Shown here: piece after piece, positions 39,452-49,067 of the stretch
Layout of the letters: every line of letters begins with the position of its first letter
How positions within the stretch are numbered: position 1 is the stretch's first letter
Origin: Minisyncoccota bacterium
GTDB taxonomy: Bacteria; Patescibacteriota; Minisyncoccia; Phycocordibacterales; XYD1-FULL-46-19
Length of the DNA stretch: 64,000 nt
Direction: 5' to 3'
Assembly (NCBI GenBank): GCA_041649495.1
Contig: JBAZMZ010000001.1
Span: 64,623 to 128,622 of the forward strand
Notes under the pieces: model-generated
Told to the model about the DNA's origin: nothing
What the model saw: only the letters and a program-made list of their open reading frames with translations
Database searches by the model: none
Translations under genes and position numbers: made by a program

Positions 39452-40220
39452 TTTAAAAAATATCGAGCAGTATTATCCTGACAACGAGAAACCCTTTAAG
39501 CGCAATATCTTGAGAGAGTATTTACAATACAAAATTCTCGAGATCATTTTTAATTCTAAGTATGCTCAAGAGGTAATTTTTCTCGGCGGTACGGCTTTGC
39601 GAATTATTTATAATAATAGTCGATTCTCCGAAGACCTTGATTTTGATAATTTTACGTTAACCGAAGAACAATTTGCCGATTTGGCGGGTAAAATCAAGAA
39701 AGGACTTGAGTTGCAAGGTTACGAAGTCGAGATCAAGAATGTCTTTAAGGGCGCTTATTGCTCGTATATTCGGATGCCGAATGTCTTGTTTGACAATGAA
39801 GTATCTAATCTCAAAGAAGAAAAAATCATGATTCAAATTGATACCGTTCCCCATGCTTTTGATTACCAAAAAGACGCCAAGATTCTCAATAAATTTGATG
39901 TCTTTACCCAGATTTTTACCACTCCGATTGATATTCTTTTATCGCAAAAAATTTACGCCGCCCTTAATCGCTCGCGAGCCAAGGGGCGGGACTTTTTTGA
40001 TATTGTCTTTTTGATTCCCCAAACCAAGCCAAATTATGAATATCTCGAAAAAAAGCTTGGTATTAAGAATGGCCAAGAGTTAAAAAAAGCTTTGCTTGTT
40101 AAAACTGCGGGTTTTGATTTTGCTGACTTAGCCAAAGATGTTGAACCTTTTCTTATTAACGGCGAGGACAGCAAAAAAGTAAAAATGTTTCGGGAATATA
40201 TCACTTCAGTTGAATTTTAG
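39438..40220 (+). CDS. abiEii: AbiEii/AbiGii-family nucleotidyltransferase toxin (DUF1814)
   Basis: REYLQYKILEII..., FLGGTALRIIY, and DLDFD motifs typical of DUF1814 nucleotidyltransferases. Confidence 0.7.
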   Translation: MNMLSLKNIEQYYPDNEKPFKRNILREYLQYKILEIIFNSKYAQEVIFLGGTALRIIYNNSRFSEDLDFDNFTLTEEQFADLAGKIKKGLELQGYEVEIKNVFKGAYCSYIRMPNVLFDNEVSNLKEEKIMIQIDTVPHAFDYQKDAKILNKFDVFTQIFTTPIDILLSQKIYAALNRSRAKGRDFFDIVFLIPQTKPNYEYLEKKLGIKNGQELKKALLVKTAGFDFADLAKDVEPFLINGEDSKKVKMFREYITSVEF

Positions 40221-40223
40221 GTT

Positions 40224-41090
40224 ATGAACAAGAAGTTACAGCGACTACTGACAATCTTAATGACTGGCTCACGAGCTGAATTTAAGCTAGCTAAGAAAGA
40301 GATTAGTGTTTTATGGCATCGTGACACCGAAGGCTTTAAAACCGGCGCGCTGGTCGCCCTCGAATTTCTGCCTAAATTTGATCAAATTAAGACTGACTTA
40401 AATAAAGAGGCCTTTGTGGCCGGGTTAAGCTTTTTCTTTTTAGCCTTAGACAATGACCATTTTGATACCTTAAAAAATTTCACTTTGCGCGTTATTCAAC
40501 ACCCTAACGGTCACATTCGCGAAGCCATACGTCATACCTCGTCTTGGCTATTTTGTTCGCTGACTTCTCGTGCTTGCCCTTTTGTTTATCCACCGGGCCA
40601 AGAATTAACGACTAAACAAAAAACCGAGCAGACCAAGGCACACGAACAATACCTAAATTATGTGAAAGAAATTGAAGCGTTGATTGATAGATATAGTCTT
40701 GATGATGAAAGGGTAAAATATATTGAAGACATGAAGCCCTCAATCAATAAGAGCTTACAACAACTTTGGAGCGAATTGGCAGACAGCCGTGCCTGTCAAG
40801 AAATTATTGCCGAAACAAGGCCAATTCCTTCCGAAGTTTTTTTCAAGCGAAAAGAGTTGGAGCAAGAAATAACGAAACTATTAAAAGAGACAAGGAGTGA
40901 CTTTGATTTGTCTGATGTCAAAAATGCTATCTTTCACGAAGAAGACACCGACGATATGATGGAAATCGTGGCGATGTTTGATCGAGGAGGCGATACTTCC
41001 GAATTAAGTAATATTCTAGAATTAGCCACTGACGCTTGGAATTATTTTCCCCATCAAATGCTCGGCGGGCTATCACCAGCCGAAATGTGA
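40224..41090 (+). CDS. Hypothetical 288-aa protein, apparently co-transcribed with abiEi/abiEii
   Basis: Starts 4 bp after the abiEii stop; no recognisable domain. Confidence 0.5.
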   Translation: MNKKLQRLLTILMTGSRAEFKLAKKEISVLWHRDTEGFKTGALVALEFLPKFDQIKTDLNKEAFVAGLSFFFLALDNDHFDTLKNFTLRVIQHPNGHIREAIRHTSSWLFCSLTSRACPFVYPPGQELTTKQKTEQTKAHEQYLNYVKEIEALIDRYSLDDERVKYIEDMKPSINKSLQQLWSELADSRACQEIIAETRPIPSEVFFKRKELEQEITKLLKETRSDFDLSDVKNAIFHEEDTDDMMEIVAMFDRGGDTSELSNILELATDAWNYFPHQMLGGLSPAEM

Positions 41091-41157
41091 GGTTAACAAG
41101 TTCGGACCGATTTCACCTTTGAATTACAACACGATTTTCGCTAATTCAAGTACTTTG

Positions 41158-41229
41158 CTCCGTGGGTAGGGATCGAACCTACGACCAATCGCTTAACAGG
41201 CGACCGCTCTACCGCTGAGCTACCACGGA
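41158..41229 (-). tRNA. tRNA-Asn(GUU)
   Basis: TCCGTGG/CCACGGA acceptor with U1-A72, anticodon loop CTGTTAA, T-loop TTCGATC. Confidence 0.8.
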
Positions 41230-41314
41230 ATCTTTAATTTTAAAGAACTCTCAAATTTTACCAAAAATCTGGGGAAATGCAAATGGTGGGGGAATATGCT
41301 AAAATTTTATTCTT

Positions 41315-41887
41315 ATGGCTAATGAGAATTTGGGTGGTGGCTCTAGTGATGGCCTGACGATTGAGCAAATTGTGGCCGATTATTTGGCGGTGATTTACCG
41401 TTTTGTCTTTCGGCTGGTGGGCAACGAGGCCGACGCGACGGATGTGACGCAGGAGGTGATGGTTAAGGTTTGGAAGAATTTGGGGAAATATGACTCTCGC
41501 CAAGATTTGAAGCCGTGGCTTTTTAAAATAGCGCGCAATACGGCGATTGATTGGTTGCGGAAACGGCGACAAATTCCTTTTAGCCAGCTTGATCGTTGGG
41601 ACGAAGAGGGGAGAGATTTGTCTTTTGCTGACACGTTGGCCGACTTAGAATTATTACCAAACGAAGTTTTCGCGCAAAAAGAAGTCAAAACTCAATTTGA
41701 TCGGGCTCTAACTACGCTCCCCATCAATGAGCGAACAATTGTGGCGATGCATTTAGAAGAGGAATTAACTTTTGTCGAAATTGCCGAGATTGTTGACCGC
41801 CCGCTTAATACGGTCAAAAGTGCCTATCGTCGGGCGCTAATTAAATTACGAAAGGAGTTAGACAAACTTGCACCTAAAGCGTCTTAA
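41315..41887 (+). CDS. ECF-family RNA polymerase sigma factor (sigma-24 type)
   Basis: Region 2 (DATDVTQEVMVKVWKNL...AIDWLRKRR) and region 4 HTH (LTFVEIAEIVDRPLNTVKSAYRRAL). Confidence 0.85.
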   Translation: MANENLGGGSSDGLTIEQIVADYLAVIYRFVFRLVGNEADATDVTQEVMVKVWKNLGKYDSRQDLKPWLFKIARNTAIDWLRKRRQIPFSQLDRWDEEGRDLSFADTLADLELLPNEVFAQKEVKTQFDRALTTLPINERTIVAMHLEEELTFVEIAEIVDRPLNTVKSAYRRALIKLRKELDKLAPKAS

Positions 41888-41947
41888 GTTGCGTATTATT
41901 AATAGCTAAGAAGTAAATTTGGCTCGGTTTTTGGCTAAACCATTTTT

Positions 41948-42352
41948 ATGAGCAAAAATATCAAGGAATTATTTAATTTGTTGGGCCCAAATGATCTGCC
42001 GGCTGATTTGGCCGGTTTGACTTTGGCTCGATTAGAACGAGAGCAAAAAAAGCGCGCTCGACGCAATCTTTTGATTTTTGGCGCAGTTGATATTTTTTCG
42101 GTTGTCGGTTTGGTGACGGCGGGTCTCTCGCTGGTTAATTTATTGGCGAGTTCTAGTTTTTATAATTATCTGTCGTTATTGTGGTCTGATAGCGGGACCT
42201 TGGCCCTTTATTGGCAAGAACTCTTGCTGTCCTTGGTGGAATCTTTGCCGTTTTTGGGCCTGACCGTTTTTCTCGCGATTATCTTGGTAATGCTGATTTC
42301 GCTGGCCAAAACCTTAACTAATTTCAAATTATTTTATTATCAGTTTAATTAA
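41948..42352 (+). CDS. Putative anti-sigma factor / membrane protein
   Basis: Directly downstream of the ECF sigma gene; single TM segment. Confidence 0.35.
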   Translation: MSKNIKELFNLLGPNDLPADLAGLTLARLEREQKKRARRNLLIFGAVDIFSVVGLVTAGLSLVNLLASSSFYNYLSLLWSDSGTLALYWQELLLSLVESLPFLGLTVFLAIILVMLISLAKTLTNFKLFYYQFN

Positions 42353-42361
42353 TAATTTATT

Positions 42362-42862
42362 ATGTTATATCTAAAAAATCTTAGTCGTTCCAAAATTTTT
42401 CAGCTTATTGTTCTGGTCATCGCGATTCTGATTGTTCTCCTATTTGTTTTTCAAGCGGGGCGCTTTGTCGGTTTGCGTCAAGCCGGTTTCTCGGGTCGCT
42501 TGGGTGATAATTATTATCGAGCGTTTGAGGGACCTAAGCGGGGTGGGCCGATGGGCCAGATGGAGCCTCGCAGTTTTTGGGCCGACGATTTGCCCAACGG
42601 CCACGGCGCGGTTGGTCAAATTATCAAAATCAATTTACCCAATCTTATTGTCCTTGGGCCGGACAATGTCGAGAAAGTGATTAAAATTAACGATGACACG
42701 ATTGTTCGTAGTTTTCGCGAAGCGATCAAGGCCAGCGAGCTTAAGGTTGGCGATTCGATTGTCACGATCGGGACGGCTGATAATCAATCACAAATTGTGG
42801 CTAATTTGATTCGACTTTTGCCTCCGCCACCAACTTCAGCTTCGACGACCCCTAAACAATAA
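42362..42862 (+). CDS. Hypothetical membrane-anchored protein
   Basis: N-terminal TM segment; ORF only. Confidence 0.4.
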   Translation: MLYLKNLSRSKIFQLIVLVIAILIVLLFVFQAGRFVGLRQAGFSGRLGDNYYRAFEGPKRGGPMGQMEPRSFWADDLPNGHGAVGQIIKINLPNLIVLGPDNVEKVIKINDDTIVRSFREAIKASELKVGDSIVTIGTADNQSQIVANLIRLLPPPPTSASTTPKQ

Positions 42863-42868
42863 ACAATA

Positions 42869-44644
42869 ATGAAAAACCTTTGGTTGAAAATTAAGGCACG
42901 ACCAATCTGGCTCTGGCTCGGCAATTTTGCCCGTCGTCACAAAATTACCAGTGCTATTATTTTGTTGGTAGTGCTTGGCAGTGGCTATTGGGCTTATGTC
43001 AAACTAACTGACACCAGTGGCGAAACTCGCTATGTGATTTCGGCGGTGGCGAAGGGGACAATTGTTTCGGTCGTCTCGGGTACCGGTCAAGTTTCGGCGG
43101 CCAATCAATTGGCGATCACGAGTAAGGTCTCGGGTGATTTGCTATATTTGGGGGTCAAGGCGGGGCAAAAGGTTTCGGCCGGGACGCTTATCGCCCAAAT
43201 TGAAGCTCAAGATGCCCAAGATAGTTTGGAGACCGCACAGATCGCGTTGGCCAAATTGCAGGAGCCGGCCGACAAATTGACTCTGCTTCAAGCCGAAAAT
43301 GCCGTGACTTCGGCCATTGAATCGAGAAACAAGGCTTATGGTGATGCTTTTAATACTGTCGATGCCTCTTTCCTCGATTTTGCGACGGTCTTGCCCGGTT
43401 TGGATAGCCTCTTCAATAATTATAATACTTCAGTTTATTTTTCGAACGAATCGTCATTAAGTGATACAGCCAAAGCTTATCGGCAAACGGCCTCGGCCAG
43501 TTATTATCGAGCCAAGACCGCTTATGACAAAAATTTGGCTGATTACCGCGCGATTAACCGAACCTCGGCCAGTTCAACTATTAAGTCTTTGGTGGACGAA
43601 ACTTATCAAACGGCTAAGTTGGCGGCCCAAGCCTCGAAAGAAACCAAAACCGCCCTATCTTTTATTATTGATCAAATTGATACGAGCGATCAAACCTCGG
43701 TTATGACGACCGATTTGGCCAATGTTAGCGCTTGGTTGAGCGACAGCAATTCTGATGTGGCCAGCCTTAGTTCGGCTTACGACAATATTAATAGTGCGAC
43801 GCGAGCGGTTATCGACAAACAAGAATCACTCGTTAATCTGCAAGAGGGTCCTGAAGCGCTTGACCTCCGATCGCAAGAATTGGCGGTCGAGCAAAAACAG
43901 CGAGCGCTTAATGATTATTATATTCGGGCGCCATTTGCTGGGACGATTGCTAAATTGGATATTAAGAAGAATGACGAAATCAGTAACGGATCGGCGATTG
44001 CCACTCTGATTACGGATAGCAAATTGGCGGACATCTCGCTCAACGAGGTTGATGTTTCGAAGGTGGCGGTTGGCCAGAAAGTAACTTTAACTTTTGATGC
44101 CATCGAAGACTTGACCATTTCAGGCTTGGTTTCTTCGGTTGATCAGGTGGGGACGGTTTCTTCTGGGGTGGTTAATTATGATGTTCAAATTTCTTTCGAC
44201 ATTCAAGACCAGCGAGTTTTGCCCGGGATGAGTGTTAGTGCTGATATTGCCGTCAATGCCCGCCCAGATGTTCTGATTGTTCCTAGTAGCGCGATCAAGT
44301 CTAATGGCGATGATTATTATGTTGAAACCCTGGATCAAAACGGAACGGTGACTAATAGTCAAGGGGTAGTTTCCACAGAAATACCACAACAAATTATTAT
44401 CACCTTGGGCCTTTCTGATGATACCAATACTGAAGTCCTCGGTGGTCTCGAGGAAGGGGACACGATTATTACTCAAACCCTAACTTCTTCAACTATTACA
44501 AAAAGTGCGACGAGCCTAGCTAGTCTTTTGGGGATGGGAGGGAAACAAGGATCTAGTAAGACTGGTAGCAATATCTCGACAAGTAAAACCTCTTCATCGA
44601 GGTCAAGCTCTGGTGGTGATATGGGGGGGCCACCAACCTTCTAA
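42869..44644 (+). CDS. Efflux periplasmic adaptor (HlyD/MacA family) with S-rich C-terminal tail
   Basis: N-terminal TM segment, coiled-coil, and beta-barrel/lipoyl-like segments; operon with the MacB-like ABC pair. Confidence 0.6.
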   Translation: MKNLWLKIKARPIWLWLGNFARRHKITSAIILLVVLGSGYWAYVKLTDTSGETRYVISAVAKGTIVSVVSGTGQVSAANQLAITSKVSGDLLYLGVKAGQKVSAGTLIAQIEAQDAQDSLETAQIALAKLQEPADKLTLLQAENAVTSAIESRNKAYGDAFNTVDASFLDFATVLPGLDSLFNNYNTSVYFSNESSLSDTAKAYRQTASASYYRAKTAYDKNLADYRAINRTSASSTIKSLVDETYQTAKLAAQASKETKTALSFIIDQIDTSDQTSVMTTDLANVSAWLSDSNSDVASLSSAYDNINSATRAVIDKQESLVNLQEGPEALDLRSQELAVEQKQRALNDYYIRAPFAGTIAKLDIKKNDEISNGSAIATLITDSKLADISLNEVDVSKVAVGQKVTLTFDAIEDLTISGLVSSVDQVGTVSSGVVNYDVQISFDIQDQRVLPGMSVSADIAVNARPDVLIVPSSAIKSNGDDYYVETLDQNGTVTNSQGVVSTEIPQQIIITLGLSDDTNTEVLGGLEEGDTIITQTLTSSTITKSATSLASLLGMGGKQGSSKTGSNISTSKTSSSRSSSGGDMGGPPTF

Positions 44645-44649
44645 AATTT

Positions 44650-45363
44650 ATGATTGAGATTAAAAATATCAACAAAGTTTATAATCCCGATGACAATCCT
44701 TACCAAGCGCTAAAAGATGTCAATTTTAAGATTGATGATGGTGAGTTTGTGGCCATTATGGGTCCTTCTGGCTCTGGTAAGTCAACTCTAATGCATATTT
44801 TGGGCGCTCTCGATACGCCAACTTCGGGAAAGTATTATCTTGATGGCCAAGATGTCTCTCGTTTGTCTGAAGACCGTTTGGCCGAAATTCGGCGAGATAA
44901 AATTGGTTTCGTTTTTCAATCTTTCAATCTTTTGCCGAGAACCACAGCTCTCCGTAATGTGATGTTGCCTCTGGTTTATTCTCGGGTTGAGGCCAAGGAA
45001 CGAGACGACCGAGCGAAAGAAGCCCTCAAAGCGGCGGGGCTAGACGAGGAACATTTTGATCATTTGTCTAACCAATTATCGGGTGGGCAAATCCAGCGCG
45101 TGGCGATTGCTCGAGCCTTGGTCAATAATCCATCTTTAATTTTGGCCGATGAACCGACTGGTAATCTTGATACCAAAACTGGTGAAATTGTTCTGGGAAC
45201 TTTTCAGCGACTAAATGAGGAGCAAGGTAAAACTATTATCTTAATTACTCACGAATCTGATGTGGCCGAGCATGCCGATCGCATCATCTTTCTTCGAGAT
45301 GGCGAAATAGTGACAGATGGTCGTCATCACCAAAAAAGAATTATCCATAAACACGACACCTAA
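44650..45363 (+). CDS. ABC transporter ATP-binding protein (MacB/LolD family)
   Basis: [24 protein letters not shown], and [11 protein letters not shown] motifs. Confidence 0.9.
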   Translation: MIEIKNINKVYNPDDNPYQALKDVNFKIDDGEFVAIMGPSGSGKSTLMHILGALDTPTSGKYYLDGQDVSRLSEDRLAEIRRDKIGFVFQSFNLLPRTTALRNVMLPLVYSRVEAKERDDRAKEALKAAGLDEEHFDHLSNQLSGGQIQRVAIARALVNNPSLILADEPTGNLDTKTGEIVLGTFQRLNEEQGKTIILITHESDVAEHADRIIFLRDGEIVTDGRHHQKRIIHKHDT

Positions 45364-45367
45364 AATT

Positions 45368-46597
45368 ATGCATTTAACAGATATTTTACACGAAACTTTT
45401 TCCGCCCTATTGTCTAATAAGGTTAGGACTAGCCTGACAATTTTAGGTATTGTAATTGGTATTGCCTCGGTTATTTCTATGTTGGCCATTGGTCAAGGGG
45501 CGAAAAATTCGGTCAATTCAAGTATTCAGTCCATTGGTTCCAATTTGATTATGGTGATGCCTGGGGCTCAACGCGGGCCCGGGATGCAGGTTAGTTCTGG
45601 TCGGGGCTCGGCTAAATCATTAACTCTAGAAGACTCCGAAGCGATCGCTAAAGAGCTTCCCTCTCTCGTTAAGGCTGTCGCCGCTGATGTTACTGGTCGC
45701 TATCAAGTTACGGTGAAGGGGAATAATACTAATACGCAAATTGTTGGAACAGTTAACGCTTATCAGACAGTTCGCAATGTTCAGGTTGCGGAGGGATCCT
45801 TTTTCTCCGACCAACAGGCCCAAAATGGGGCTCGAGTGGCGGTAATTGGACCGACAACTCGGGACGACTTGTTTGGCGAAAATGCGACTGGTGTCGTGGG
45901 GCAGTCGATTAAAATTAATAAAATCTCTTTTAAAATTATTGGGGTGACGGTGGCTAAGGGTTCGTCGGGGATGAGCAATCAAGATGATATGATTTATATT
46001 CCAATCAGTACGGCCCAACGACTTCTCTCTGGAGATAAATATCTGTCAACGATCAGTTTGTCGGCGGTCGATTCGGATTCCTCAACTCAAGCCCAAGAAG
46101 AGATTACCGCTCTTTTACTTGAACGGCATAAAATTACTGATGAGACTAAGGCTGACTTTAGTATTATGAACCAGGCCGACATTGCTTCAACCGCCTCGAG
46201 TGTGACTAGTATTTTTACTATTCTGCTTGGTTCAGTCGCCGGGATCTCGCTAGTGGTTGGCGGGATTGGCATTATGAATATGATGTTAACAACAGTGACC
46301 GAGCGCACGCGAGAAATTGGTTTGCGTAAGGCCATTGGTGCCAAGCGACGCGATATTAGTTTGCAATTTTTGATTGAAGCCATTATCCTAACTTTTTTCG
46401 GGGGTTTGGTCGGGGTAATCCTTGGTTGGCTAATATCTTTCATTATTGCCTCTTTGGGCCTTCTCGAAGCCCAAGTCTCTTGGTTCTCGGTTATCTTAGC
46501 CTTTAGTGTTTCGGCTTTGATCGGTATCGTCTTTGGTTATTATCCGGCTCGACGGGCGGCGAGCCTTAATCCAATTGAGGCGTTAAGGTATGAATAA
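45368..46597 (+). CDS. ABC transporter permease (MacB/FtsX family)
   Basis: Four TM segments with a large periplasmic loop and a C-terminal FtsX-like domain. Confidence 0.85.
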   Translation: MHLTDILHETFSALLSNKVRTSLTILGIVIGIASVISMLAIGQGAKNSVNSSIQSIGSNLIMVMPGAQRGPGMQVSSGRGSAKSLTLEDSEAIAKELPSLVKAVAADVTGRYQVTVKGNNTNTQIVGTVNAYQTVRNVQVAEGSFFSDQQAQNGARVAVIGPTTRDDLFGENATGVVGQSIKINKISFKIIGVTVAKGSSGMSNQDDMIYIPISTAQRLLSGDKYLSTISLSAVDSDSSTQAQEEITALLLERHKITDETKADFSIMNQADIASTASSVTSIFTILLGSVAGISLVVGGIGIMNMMLTTVTERTREIGLRKAIGAKRRDISLQFLIEAIILTFFGGLVGVILGWLISFIIASLGLLEAQVSWFSVILAFSVSALIGIVFGYYPARRAASLNPIEALRYE

Positions 46598-46641
46598 ATT
46601 AATTATTTGCCATTAACAATTATTAATTTAATAAAATAATT

Positions 46642-47046
46642 ATGAAGACAAAAACAAAAATTATTATCGGGGCGTTGATTATCATCGCGCTAGCTTTTTT
46701 CGGTGGTTATAAATACGGTCAGAGTGGGTCAAACTCTAATCGGGCCAATGGTAATATACCAGCTAATTTTATGGCGGGGGCTGGGGCGCGACGCAGTTCA
46801 AATGTGGCGGGTGGCGGAGGGGCGATGGTTGTTGGCCAAGTTCTAAGTCAAGATGCGACGAGTCTTACTCTCAAATTGAGTAATGGCGGTTCGAGAATTG
46901 TTCTCGTCTCGACCTCGACTGATGTCCAAAAAATGGTTAAGGGTAATTTGTCCGACTTGGTGGCCGGCACCTCGGTTTCGGTCAACGGCCCAACTAATGC
47001 CGATGGTAGTCTTACGGCGCAATCGATTCAATTACGAACCCCATAA
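46642..47046 (+). CDS. Hypothetical secreted/membrane-anchored protein
   Basis: N-terminal TM segment; ORF only. Confidence 0.4.
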   Translation: MKTKTKIIIGALIIIALAFFGGYKYGQSGSNSNRANGNIPANFMAGAGARRSSNVAGGGGAMVVGQVLSQDATSLTLKLSNGGSRIVLVSTSTDVQKMVKGNLSDLVAGTSVSVNGPTNADGSLTAQSIQLRTP

Positions 47047-47103
47047 TTTTGCTATCTTGGTTAGTGGCGGATTTGGGTTTTTTGTGCTATCCTTTAAAAA
47101 CTA

Positions 47104-47970
47104 ATGAAAAAGATTACTAATTGGCCAGTGGTTTATGTGAGCGTAGTGGCGATTTTGGTCATAGCTGGTTTGGCGGGAACGGGTTTTTATTTTTACCGAC
47201 AATTTACGGCTGAAAATCTGAAATTGACGCAAGAAAAAAAAGATCTTGAAAACCAGATTGTGACTCTCCAAAATAATTTAAACACTACCAATCAAACTCT
47301 CCAAGCTGAGCAAGAACGAAATAATGCTTTTGCCGATCAAATCAGCGGTCTCGCTTCGACCGTGGGCACGCTCGATAAATTAAGCAAGACCGACAGCGAA
47401 TTACTCCAAAAATATTCTAAAGTTTATTTTCTGAACGAAAATTATGTGCCGTCCAACTTGGCGACCATCACCTCGGCTTACGCTTTTGGCCCCGAGAAGC
47501 CCTTACTTATCCACGCCAATCTTCTTAATCATTTAAACGCGCTAATGCAAGCCGTGCTGTCTTCGGGAATTGATCTTAAAATTGCTTCGGCTTATCGCTC
47601 TTTTGGCACGCAGGCTGACCTCAAGGCTCAATATTCGATTACTTATGGCACGGGTGCTAATAAATTTTCAGCCGATCAGGGCTACTCCGAGCATCAATTG
47701 GGCACGGCTCTTGATTTTATCTCGGCTAGCGATAAAACTCTAACAATCAAATTTGCTGATACGCCGGCTGGTCAATGGCTCGTTAATAATGCTTATCGCT
47801 ATGGCTTTATTATGTCTTACCCCAAGGGTAATGATTATTACCAATACGAACCTTGGCATTGGCGTTATATCGGGGTGGCTTTGGCGACTCGTTTGCATAA
47901 TGAAGGTCGAAATTTTTACAATTATCCGCAACGAACGATCGACGAGTATTTGGTTAATATTTTTGATTAA
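47104..47970 (+). CDS. D-alanyl-D-alanine carboxypeptidase family protein (peptidase M15B/VanY-like)
   Basis: SEHQLGTALDF and YGFIMSYP...EPWHWRY motifs; N-terminal TM segment plus coiled-coil. Confidence 0.7.
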   Translation: MKKITNWPVVYVSVVAILVIAGLAGTGFYFYRQFTAENLKLTQEKKDLENQIVTLQNNLNTTNQTLQAEQERNNAFADQISGLASTVGTLDKLSKTDSELLQKYSKVYFLNENYVPSNLATITSAYAFGPEKPLLIHANLLNHLNALMQAVLSSGIDLKIASAYRSFGTQADLKAQYSITYGTGANKFSADQGYSEHQLGTALDFISASDKTLTIKFADTPAGQWLVNNAYRYGFIMSYPKGNDYYQYEPWHWRYIGVALATRLHNEGRNFYNYPQRTIDEYLVNIFD

Positions 47971-48006
47971 AAAAGCATTATTATTATCAACTTAACAAAA
48001 AATATT

Positions 48007-48390
48007 ATGTCAGGATACATTGTGAATATTGAGGAGAAGACTGAAGCGAATAATTATTTTCGCGAGGTTTTATTTACGGCGCCCCATAGCCAACTAGTGG
48101 TCATGAGTCTTAAGCCGGGCGAAGATATTGGTGAAGAGGTTCACACCACCGTTGATCAATTTTTACGGATTGAGAGTGGGGAGGGAAAAGCGGTTTTGGA
48201 TGGCGAAGAAACAGTAATTAAAGACGGTTCGGCCGTCGTCGTGCCAGCTGGGGTTCGACACAATATTGTTAATACCTCTGATTCGACGGCGCTTAAACTC
48301 TATACGATTTATTCGCCGGCCGAGCATCGTGATGGCACGATTCATCAAACCAAAGCCGACGCTCTAGCGGACGAGGCTGACCACGCTTAA
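48007..48390 (+). CDS. Cupin-domain protein
   Basis: G(X)5HTH...E motif region (GEDIGEEVHTTVDQFLRIESGEG ... VPAGVRHNIVN). Confidence 0.6.
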   Translation: MSGYIVNIEEKTEANNYFREVLFTAPHSQLVVMSLKPGEDIGEEVHTTVDQFLRIESGEGKAVLDGEETVIKDGSAVVVPAGVRHNIVNTSDSTALKLYTIYSPAEHRDGTIHQTKADALADEADHA

Positions 48391-48404
48391 GGTAAACCAC
48401 CCCC

Positions 48405-48440
48405 CCCGCCACACCTCGGGCTCACCAGAGGTCTGGCGGG
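48405..48440 (+). terminator. Hairpin CCCGCCACACCTC/GAGGTCTGGCGGG followed by a T-rich tract; CCAGACC-family member
   Basis: 13-bp stem with one mismatch after the cupin gene stop. Confidence 0.45.
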
Positions 48441-48617
48441 GGCGGTTTGCTTGCTTTGCTTTTTAGGAGGACTTGTGCTATACTAAAAGGGCTAGTGATC
48501 TCCATCGCTTTCATCTTCAAACAACTTGATTTCGGGCGTTCGAAAACAAGGGGCGAGATGACCAAGTGATCGTGAGCCACGGTCGTCAAGCCAATTAAAT
48601 TTAAACTAAGTAAGTTA

Positions 48618-48884
48618 ATGAATAACAAGTTGTTCGTCGGTAGCTTACCGTGGGCGTTAACTGATCAGGAATTGGGCAATCATTTTGCCTCCGCTGGTCA
48701 AGTCGTCTCGGCTAAGATTATTATCGACAAAATGTCTGGTCGCTCCAAGGGCTTCGGCTTCGTGGAGATGGCCACACCGGAGGAAGCGCAAAACGCTATC
48801 TCCACTTTGAACGGTTCTGACCTCGGTGGTCGCCAAATCAGTGTTGATTTTGCCAAACCGATGGTTCCCCGCGATAATCGCTAA
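48618..48884 (+). CDS. RRM-type RNA-binding protein
   Basis: RNP2 LFVGSL and RNP1 KGFGFVEM motifs. Confidence 0.85.
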   Translation: MNNKLFVGSLPWALTDQELGNHFASAGQVVSAKIIIDKMSGRSKGFGFVEMATPEEAQNAISTLNGSDLGGRQISVDFAKPMVPRDNR

Positions 48885-48890
48885 TTTTGC

Positions 48891-48911
48891 CCACGAGGCT
48901 TAGCCTCGTGG
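48891..48911 (+). other. Perfect 21-nt palindrome CCACGAGGCTTAGCCTCGTGG immediately after the RRM gene
   Basis: 10-bp perfect arms around a central T. Confidence 0.5.
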
Positions 48912-48922
48912 AAGAGATCACC

Positions 48923-48950
48923 AAAAAGACCCAACGTCGGGTCTTTTTTG
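48923..48950 (+). terminator. Intrinsic terminator AAAAAGACCCAACGTCGGGTCTTTTTT
   Basis: Stem-loop with flanking A- and T-runs. Confidence 0.65.
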
Positions 48951-48964
48951 GTGACCACCACAAA

Positions 48965-49031
48965 CCCACCAGACCTTAAGGGCTGTACCCCTCGAAGCTT
49001 TAGCGAAGTGGGGTGCCCAAGGTCTGGCGGG
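48965..49031 (+). repeat. Long hairpin CCCACCAGACCTTAAGGGC...GCCCAAGGTCTGGCGGG; CCAGACC-family member
   Basis: Shares the AGGTCTGGCGGG arm with the 13896 and 48405 copies. Confidence 0.5.
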
Positions 49032-49067
49032 TTGTGTTTTTGAGATTAGCCGTTATACTGTAATTAT

